Origin: Candidatus Poribacteria bacterium
GTDB lineage: Bacteria; Poribacteria; WGA-4E; WGA-3G
Length of the DNA stretch: 64,000 nt
Reading direction: 5' to 3'
Assembly (NCBI GenBank): GCA_022394775.1
Contig: JAGFCB010000014.1
Location: forward strand, 7,715-71,714
Part shown: one piece after another, positions 59,001-64,000 of the stretch
Layout of the letters: every line of letters starts with the position of its first letter
Position numbering within the stretch: the stretch's first letter is position 1
Program-made: the position numbers and the translations under genes
The notes under the pieces: generated by a model
Databases searched by the model: none
What the model was told of the DNA's origin: nothing
What the model saw: the letters and a program-made list of their open reading frames with translations, nothing else

Positions 59001-59890
59001 TTTACCGTGTCACCCCAGCTCATGTTAATCACCTGGGCACCATTATCCGCTGCGTAAACGATAGCCGCAGCAACATCGTCGTTCTGGAGATACCCACCGC
59101 CCCCATATTTAAAATCGGCTCTCAACGGCATGAGACGACACCGCCATGCTATGCCCGCAATTCCAATGCCATTGTTTGCTGCGGCAGCGATAATGCCGGA
59201 GACGTGCGTCCCGTGTCCAATTTCGTCCTCTGGTTCGTTATCGCGCACTGTCCAATCCCCGCTACCCGGTAGGGTAGGGGCATCACTGAAATCCCAGCCA
59301 TTAATATCATCAACGTAGCCGTTTCCATCGTCGTCAATACCGTTCCTTGGAATCTCACGAGCATTTCGCCACAGTTGTGAACGAAATTCTGGATGTTGCA
59401 TATCTACACCGCCATCTACAACAGCCACAGTGACTGCTGGAGTCCCTTGCTCAATACCCCACGCTTCTGACATATTCATTAAGGCTAAATTCCATTGTTC
59501 ATCATAACTCGGATCGTTCGGAACTACTTCAGCACAAGGTCGATTGAGGCGGTTCATCTCAACCGCTTCAATCGCAGGGTGTCTTGCATACCGTTGCCGC
59601 AACGGTTCTAATGCCCATGCTGCTGGAAACTGAATCAGATAATTACGGCGGAGCAGCGCATGTTGTCCGGCAGGTGTCGTCGGTGAAAAAACAGGTGAAA
59701 CAGACACCGCACCGAGTTTTCTACTCAACCTATCAAACTGCTTGCTGGAAACGTTAGGACGTAGGCGGACAATCAGTTCACCCGGAGTGTGAGTGATTTG
59801 AGAAAAGTTGTCTGAGTTGCTCTGCGCAAAAACAAATTGGGCATTTATGAACGACACGAGAATATAGATATAGATAGATTTTTTCGTCAT
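56024..59890 (-). CDS. Secreted S8 subtilase with FG-GAP repeats, FN3, Ig-like and T9SS/FlgD-like C-terminal domain
   Basis: Catalytic triad VAVVDGG / HGTHVSG / GTSMA. D-x-D-x-D-G repeats. FN3-like VQLSW...YWYAL. Tail IVYPNP...IYDVSG...WD...SGIYIY. Confidence 0.88.
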   Translation of the reverse strand: MTKKSIYIYILVSFINAQFVFAQSNSDNFSQITHTPGELIVRLRPNVSSKQFDRLSRKLGAVSVSPVFSPTTPAGQHALLRRNYLIQFPAAWALEPLRQRYARHPAIEAVEMNRLNRPCAEVVPNDPSYDEQWNLALMNMSEAWGIEQGTPAVTVAVVDGGVDMQHPEFRSQLWRNAREIPRNGIDDDGNGYVDDINGWDFSDAPTLPGSGDWTVRDNEPEDEIGHGTHVSGIIAAAANNGIGIAGIAWRCRLMPLRADFKYGGGGYLQNDDVAAAIVYAADNGAQVINMSWGDTVNAFIIEDAIAYAYARGCVLVAAAGNDGAVGSWYPAGLKTVISVAGIDAERQLYTDSNFGATIDIAAPGDEILSTYLNGGYQNLSGTSMAAAHVSGVAALVLSGNPDYTNAGIKETLITTAEPLFISGLVGAGLLDASAALTASTELIAQIDTHQISLQTTESSDIEKIEIFGSAGGIGFTEYWLEYGIGEVPNLWFPLGTVQTKPKFNVCLYKWDTSGLSEGQYTVRLSVQSENGNSKRDRTVVEVNRTAPRISMHESQAWFVGNTVESVVMWQTHEVSIGGIEIFQANGNVVRTARSDSENFLHIVNLSDLGISTGAYKYRLSMENRAGLLSVDDNNKALYEIEMQNAPINPLHLSAGTSTARARHAVGPPVDINRNGRLELITAEMGTNLVQIIEIAVDGSFREIFAFNEPFLPRAILDTDKDGLIEILCNSPEATFLLEQPTQNGFPTERIWESQGHWSIAMVDADADGKPEIFTRADATNSILVYEAVGDNNHRPTATFENLTLGSNGIRANAATGDFDNDGQMEILIGDSDGDVFVYEAIGNNQYRQTWAVRLPEGSPQLFAAGDMDGDGKAEFAVCAMTGTEVGTIVLDIRYNHWLLTVFTSDGDDTYRPVWTQRIHDVRNGGNGMTIADANNDGQNELCLALAPNFYLVQYDGIDYRPIWHHAATNTFNPIVVDTNGDGENVLLFNSNNALTVFGTPTALNLQSSGPLSIPWNITAKPVGPTSVQLSWQIVPNVATYTLYRGESEDSVAQIREGIQGTDFTDRELTAGRIYWYALTSQDSSGKSSARSIPVSVVATQRPRLRNAVYSPPNQLSLAFDKPMGISATYAGRYRLHKQRDMASGIESYTPRSAILDKTGHRVVLTFPSTVFRTGSRYQIEALQLSDIHGADLEDEARILTVTLPVPELGDIIVYPNPVEFDQVTFDNLPVGTNIYIYDVSGNCIASFAKTEHERDKKVWDVSGISSGIYIYVLSSEKDRRVGKLTIIR

Positions 59891-59971
59891 ATTTTTTTCT
59901 GCTTACTGGCTTGGATTGCCTCCATTTTGTTGACACCACACCAACTGTGCCTACTCACTATGTATTTAAAA

Positions 59972-60000
59972 TTGCATTTCTAAACCTAATCTGATATATT
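59972..60000 (+). promoter_or_regulatory. Sigma70-type promoter
   Basis: TTGCAT-17 bp-TATATT with TG extension. Confidence 0.5.
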
Positions 60001-60077
60001 AATTAATGGTACGGAATTCAGAGAGAAAAAGCAAATATTTTTCTTTTTTTTCATAAATAAATATAAGGAATGAACTC

Positions 60078-61715
60078 ATGAAAGCCTCAGAACTCACCGT
60101 AAAATGCTTAGAAAACGAAAACGTTGACTATATTTTCGGGATACCAGGCGAAGAAAACCTGGATCTCATGGATGCCTTATTGGAATCCGAAATTCAATTT
60201 ATTCAGACGCGCGACGAACGCGGTGCTGCCTTCATGGCAGATGTCTATGGGCGGCTCACTGGACGCGCAGGTGTGTGTCTCGCGACGCTTGGTCCTGGTG
60301 CGATGAACCTTGTCACGGGAGTTGCTGATGCCAATATGGATAGGGCACCTCTCGTTGCGATTACTGGACAAGCCAGTCTGGACAGGATGCACAAGGAATC
60401 GCATCAATACATGGATGTCGTCTCTGTTTTCAAACCGATGACAAAATGGAATACGCTCCTCCATCTACCTGAAATCATCCCCGAATCAATAAGCAAAGCC
60501 TTCAAAATCGCAACAGGCGAAAAGCCTGGGGCTACCCACATCGATTTTCCTGAAGATGTCGCAAAAATACAAATCGACGCAGAACCTATTCCACACGACT
60601 TTCCGAGTGAAGCAGAACCTATCGCCTCTTGTTTACAACGTGCTGCACAACTGATTAACGACGCGAAACAACCCATTATTCTCGCAGGGAACGGTGTCAT
60701 CCGACAAAACGCCTCTCGAATGCTAACCCAATTCGCAGAAATGACCAATATCCCGGTGGCGCATACCTTTATGGGTAAAGGGAGCATCCCTTGGACGCAT
60801 CGCCTTTCGCTTTTAAGTGTCGGCTTGCAAGCAAACGATTTTGTCTCCTGCGGGTTTGATCGCGCCGACCTCGTTATTGCTATCGGTTACGATATTGTCG
60901 AATACCACCCACGCCTCTGGAACCCGAATCGAGATAAGAAACTCATCCATATTGACACACAACCGAGTGAAAGTGATGCTTCTTACGTCACTGATGTGGA
61001 AATGGTCGGCAACATCCGCCAAAGTCTCAGACACCTCATGGCACAAGAAATTTATCCCAAAGATGCGGAGTATGCCTCAAACACTTTAAGGAAAATCATA
61101 CTTGATCAACTTGAAGAACATCGCGATGACGCAGATTTTCCGATGAAACCACAAAAAGTTTTAAGCGATGTCCGTTCTGTACTCGCCGATGATGATATTC
61201 TCATTTCCGATGTCGGCGCACATAAAATGTGGATTGCACGCATGTATCCGTGCGCTCAACCCAATACATGCATCATCTCCAATGGATTCGCCGCCATGGG
61301 GATCGCACTCCCCGGGGCTTTCGTCGCCAAACTTATCTATCCAGAGCGTAAATGTTTGGCTGTCTGCGGCGATGGTGGGTTCATGATGAACTCTCAAGAA
61401 CTCGAAACCGCTGTCCGAACAGAAGTGCCTTTTGTTACCCTTATCTTCAATGATGAGGCTTATGGACTCATTGAATGGAAGCAGATGAATGGCTTTGGTA
61501 GACCCGCACACATTGATTTCACGAATCCTGATTTCGTCAAGTACGCCGAAGCCTTCGGCGCCAAAGGTTATAGAGTTGAAGGCAGCGACGAACTCGTTCC
61601 TATACTCAAAGATGCGTTCAACCAAAAGGTTCCTTCAGTCATTGATTGCCCTGTCAACTACGCAGAAAACCTACGCTTGACGAACGAACTCGGACAACTG
61701 ACATGTCCCATTTAA
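60078..61715 (+). CDS. ThDP-dependent acetolactate-synthase-like enzyme, possibly 2-oxoglutarate decarboxylase
   Basis: PGEENL, TLGPGA, RMHKESHQY, DVGAHKMW, SNGFAAMG, GDGG, YGLIEWKQ. No small subunit nearby. Confidence 0.8.
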   Translation: MKASELTVKCLENENVDYIFGIPGEENLDLMDALLESEIQFIQTRDERGAAFMADVYGRLTGRAGVCLATLGPGAMNLVTGVADANMDRAPLVAITGQASLDRMHKESHQYMDVVSVFKPMTKWNTLLHLPEIIPESISKAFKIATGEKPGATHIDFPEDVAKIQIDAEPIPHDFPSEAEPIASCLQRAAQLINDAKQPIILAGNGVIRQNASRMLTQFAEMTNIPVAHTFMGKGSIPWTHRLSLLSVGLQANDFVSCGFDRADLVIAIGYDIVEYHPRLWNPNRDKKLIHIDTQPSESDASYVTDVEMVGNIRQSLRHLMAQEIYPKDAEYASNTLRKIILDQLEEHRDDADFPMKPQKVLSDVRSVLADDDILISDVGAHKMWIARMYPCAQPNTCIISNGFAAMGIALPGAFVAKLIYPERKCLAVCGDGGFMMNSQELETAVRTEVPFVTLIFNDEAYGLIEWKQMNGFGRPAHIDFTNPDFVKYAEAFGAKGYRVEGSDELVPILKDAFNQKVPSVIDCPVNYAENLRLTNELGQLTCPI

Positions 61716-61717
61716 AA

Positions 61718-61745
61718 GTAGTAGGCACGCGCCGCGTGCCGTAAA
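61718..61745 (+). repeat. REP-like GTAGTAGGCAC element
   Basis: gtagtaggcacgcgccgcgtgccgtaaa, 2 nt after the stop codon. Confidence 0.7.
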
Positions 61746-61750
61746 CATCT

Positions 61751-61843
61751 TAGGACTTACGCGTTTTTCTATGATAATCTACATATTATGTCCTGCTGGC
61801 TGGGTTTGAAACCCCGCCAGCGCGGAGGGCTGCGTAAGTCCTA
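61751..61843. mobile_element. MITE family A, copy 4 (93 bp)
   Basis: Ends taggacttacgcg and tgcgtaagtccta. TSD CATCT (61746-61750, 61844-61848). Cargo gctggctgggtttgaaaccccgccagc. Confidence 0.85.
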
Positions 61844-61928
61844 CATCTTTCAGACGCTAATCGTGGTTTTAGTCTATTTGTTTTCGGAGATGCTTCGTTT
61901 TTTCTAAAGGAGGACCCTCTACCCAAAA

Positions 61929-62969
61929 ATGGCAGTTTCAACAATTGAATGGGCTGACGGCAGAATTCGGATGATTGACCAAACGCTGTTGCCCAACGAA
62001 TTCAAACATATTTATTGCGATGATCTCCCCTCAACCTGGGAGGCAATTAAATCGCTACGTGTTCGCGGTGCCCCCGCTATCGGAATCGCTGGCGCATTAG
62101 GGGCAGTACTCGGAATTTGGAATTCTACTGCGAAAACCTACGAGGCATTCGCTGCTGAACTCAAGTCCGCAACCGATTATCTCGCAACTTCTCGACCGAC
62201 AGCCGTCAATCTCTTTTGGGCGCTGGATCGAATGACACGCACAACGGAAGAAAATAATCATCTTCCAATTCCTGAACTCAAAGAGGTACTGCTCGCTGAG
62301 GCTTTGGAGATTATTGATGAGGATAAGGCGATGTGCCGGGCGATCGGGCAACACGGTATGACGTTGCTAAGCGAAAACGATACCATTCTGACGCATTGTA
62401 ACGCTGGCGGATTGGCTACATCCGACTACGGCACTGCCTTGGCTGTAATGTTTAGCGCGCACGAAGCCGGTAAGCAAATCCAAGTTTACGCCGATGAGAC
62501 GCGTCCGCTTTTACAAGGCGCACGTCTCACCACGTGGGAACTCATGCAAGCCGGCATTGATGTAACGCTTATCTGTGATAACATGGCTGCACAAGTCATG
62601 AAAGAGGGCAAAATCCAATGTGTTATTGTCGGAGCGGACCGGATTGCAGCAAATGGCGACACTGCAAACAAGATCGGCACCTATAACGTCGCTATCCTCG
62701 CTGAGGCACACGGCATCCCTTTTTATGTCGCTGCACCGACTTCAACATTAGATTTCGCCCTCGAAACAGGCGCGGAGATTCCTATTGAGCAACGCGCGTC
62801 GGAGGAGGTGACAGAGGGCTTCGGTAAACTTACTGCCCCTGAGGGCGTGAAAGTTTATAGTCCCGCATTCGATGTTACGCCTGCGGCGTTAGTCACAGCA
62901 ATTATCACCGAAAAAGGAATCGCGCACGCACCTTATACCGACAGCTTGAAGGCTTTACGGGATGCATAA
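61929..62969 (+). CDS. mtnA: S-methyl-5-thioribose-1-phosphate isomerase
   Basis: DQTLLP, VRGAPAIG, RPTAVNL, THCNAGGLAT, ETRP, GADRIAANGDTANKIGTY. Confidence 0.95.
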   Translation: MAVSTIEWADGRIRMIDQTLLPNEFKHIYCDDLPSTWEAIKSLRVRGAPAIGIAGALGAVLGIWNSTAKTYEAFAAELKSATDYLATSRPTAVNLFWALDRMTRTTEENNHLPIPELKEVLLAEALEIIDEDKAMCRAIGQHGMTLLSENDTILTHCNAGGLATSDYGTALAVMFSAHEAGKQIQVYADETRPLLQGARLTTWELMQAGIDVTLICDNMAAQVMKEGKIQCVIVGADRIAANGDTANKIGTYNVAILAEAHGIPFYVAAPTSTLDFALETGAEIPIEQRASEEVTEGFGKLTAPEGVKVYSPAFDVTPAALVTAIITEKGIAHAPYTDSLKALRDA

Positions 62970-62983
62970 AACGATTCTGCAAG

Positions 62984-64000
62984 TTATGCCGCTTTGGCAA
63001 TGTTCGCCCGGGTGCCACCTATATCAAAGCAGTCGTACTGATTCGTATGCATAATCCGAGTCGCGAACGCCATTGCTTGTTTTTCTGTGAGGTAACCCTC
63101 TGCGATTTCGGCTTCAAGGGCGCGACGGATTTCGTTCCTCGCTTGAATCGCATAAGCCATCGCACTGGTTGGCCACCCTGTATCGCCGCCGAAGGCAAAC
63201 AGTTTATTTGACGGGACAGCATGGATACACCGACGCAGGAAATCGCGCGAACTGTACGGATCAATGCTCCATGCCCAGCAGAAGTCAACCCAAATATTGC
63301 GATAGTGTTTGGCGAGTGCGACCAATTCGTCGTTATAAGGGTAGGAGATGTGCATCAGGACGAACTTCGCGTCAAGATAGCGAGCAAATAAAGCGCACAT
63401 GTTGCCAGCACGGATACGGCGCACGGGCATCCGGTCATTGCCCGCATAATAGCCCGTGTGGATTTTAAAGGGCAGGTTGTGTTCAATCGTGAGCTCGACA
63501 CCGCGCGCCCAGCACCAATCACCGAGACACAAACGCGTCGCTTCATCAATGTCGCCAGCGGGTTTCGTGAGAACGGCGTTCAGCGCAGCGGCAGCCTCCG
63601 CATCGCTTCTTTCGCTCCAGTCGAGCGTCCGGTTATAAGCGTGTTGCGATTTTACGGCGATAGCGCACGGGGCATGTTTCGCGAAAAGTGCATCCATGCC
63701 GTGTTTAAGAGAAACGAGATCCTTGACTTCAACCCCCGTTTCGGCGTGGATAGCACTCGGATCCACCTGTCCGTTACAGAATGTTGCCCACGAAAGATCG
63801 TAGAGGAAAAAATCGGGACCAGAGGTGTCTGGTGTGCACTGCCAACTAAAATCGTCTGTTTGAATGTGATCAAGATTCGCGAGATCGTGTAAAATGTGAT
63901 AACGTTTGCCGGGCTCACGCAGCGTCTTTAAGTTATTGGCACCCGCGAGCCCATCGCCTGTCAGTTCCTCGAGTCCATAGATGTGTTTCGCGATGAGGCT
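62984..64000 (-). CDS. Amidohydrolase-family protein (5' end outside window)
   Basis: Frame stays open to base 64000 (SLIAKHIYGL...). Motifs FKIHTG, VLMHISYP, VDFCWAW, FGGD. Confidence 0.75.
   Translation of the reverse strand, partial: SLIAKHIYGLEELTGDGLAGANNLKTLREPGKRYHILHDLANLDHIQTDDFSWQCTPDTSGPDFFLYDLSWATFCNGQVDPSAIHAETGVEVKDLVSLKHGMDALFAKHAPCAIAVKSQHAYNRTLDWSERSDAEAAAALNAVLTKPAGDIDEATRLCLGDWCWARGVELTIEHNLPFKIHTGYYAGNDRMPVRRIRAGNMCALFARYLDAKFVLMHISYPYNDELVALAKHYRNIWVDFCWAWSIDPYSSRDFLRRCIHAVPSNKLFAFGGDTGWPTSAMAYAIQARNEIRRALEAEIAEGYLTEKQAMAFATRIMHTNQYDCFDIGGTRANIAKAA

Noticed and set aside
61850..61928. SAM riboswitch ahead of mtnA (also checked ahead of metG)
   Set aside because: No S-box core motifs are seen. 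The metG leader is only ~45 nt.
62984..63766. 260-aa ORF as a complete or truncated gene
   Set aside because: The frame is open to the window edge, so it is the 3' part of a longer CDS.
739..63918. The many short antisense and alternate-frame ORFs in the track
   Set aside because: They are nested in well-supported genes and lack RBS or domain motifs, consistent with shadow ORFs.

Overview
A gene-dense bacterial chromosomal segment, about 48-50% GC by eye, with roughly 45 CDS and no rRNA, tRNA, CRISPR array, transposase or prophage. Housekeeping genes include glyA, folC, hppA, ilvD, fadA, tmk, holB, metG, sodA, ilvB-ilvN-ilvC and mtnA. Accessory genes include a sulfatase, GGT, two PhyH dioxygenases, a DUF1549/DUF1553 protein, jelly-roll/LamG secreted proteins, a dockerin-fused peptide-binding protein, FG-GAP, PQQ/TolB and HEAT-TPR proteins, and an S8 protease. 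This gene mix suggests Candidatus Poribacteria or a relative (inference). Main unusual signals: (1) three unrelated secreted proteins end in the same 19-residue tail xV[ED]xxxKLAxxW[GA]x[LM]Kxxx-stop, a candidate C-terminal sorting signal. (2) A MITE family with 13-bp TIRs (TAGGACTTACGCA) and 5-bp target duplications carries three different hairpin cargoes. (3) A ~33-36-nt hairpin micro-element occurs inside one MITE and in frame inside an SH3-like domain. (4) An oriented ~85-nt leader element ending AACCGCAAGG-AAA-TTAAAAA lies just upstream of hppA, ilvN and ilvC. (5) A complete Val(GUC) T-box riboswitch precedes ilvBNC. (6) Signature residues suggest a Na+,H+-PPase and a cyanobacterial-type 2-oxoglutarate decarboxylase. 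All family calls come from reading motifs; no searches were run.
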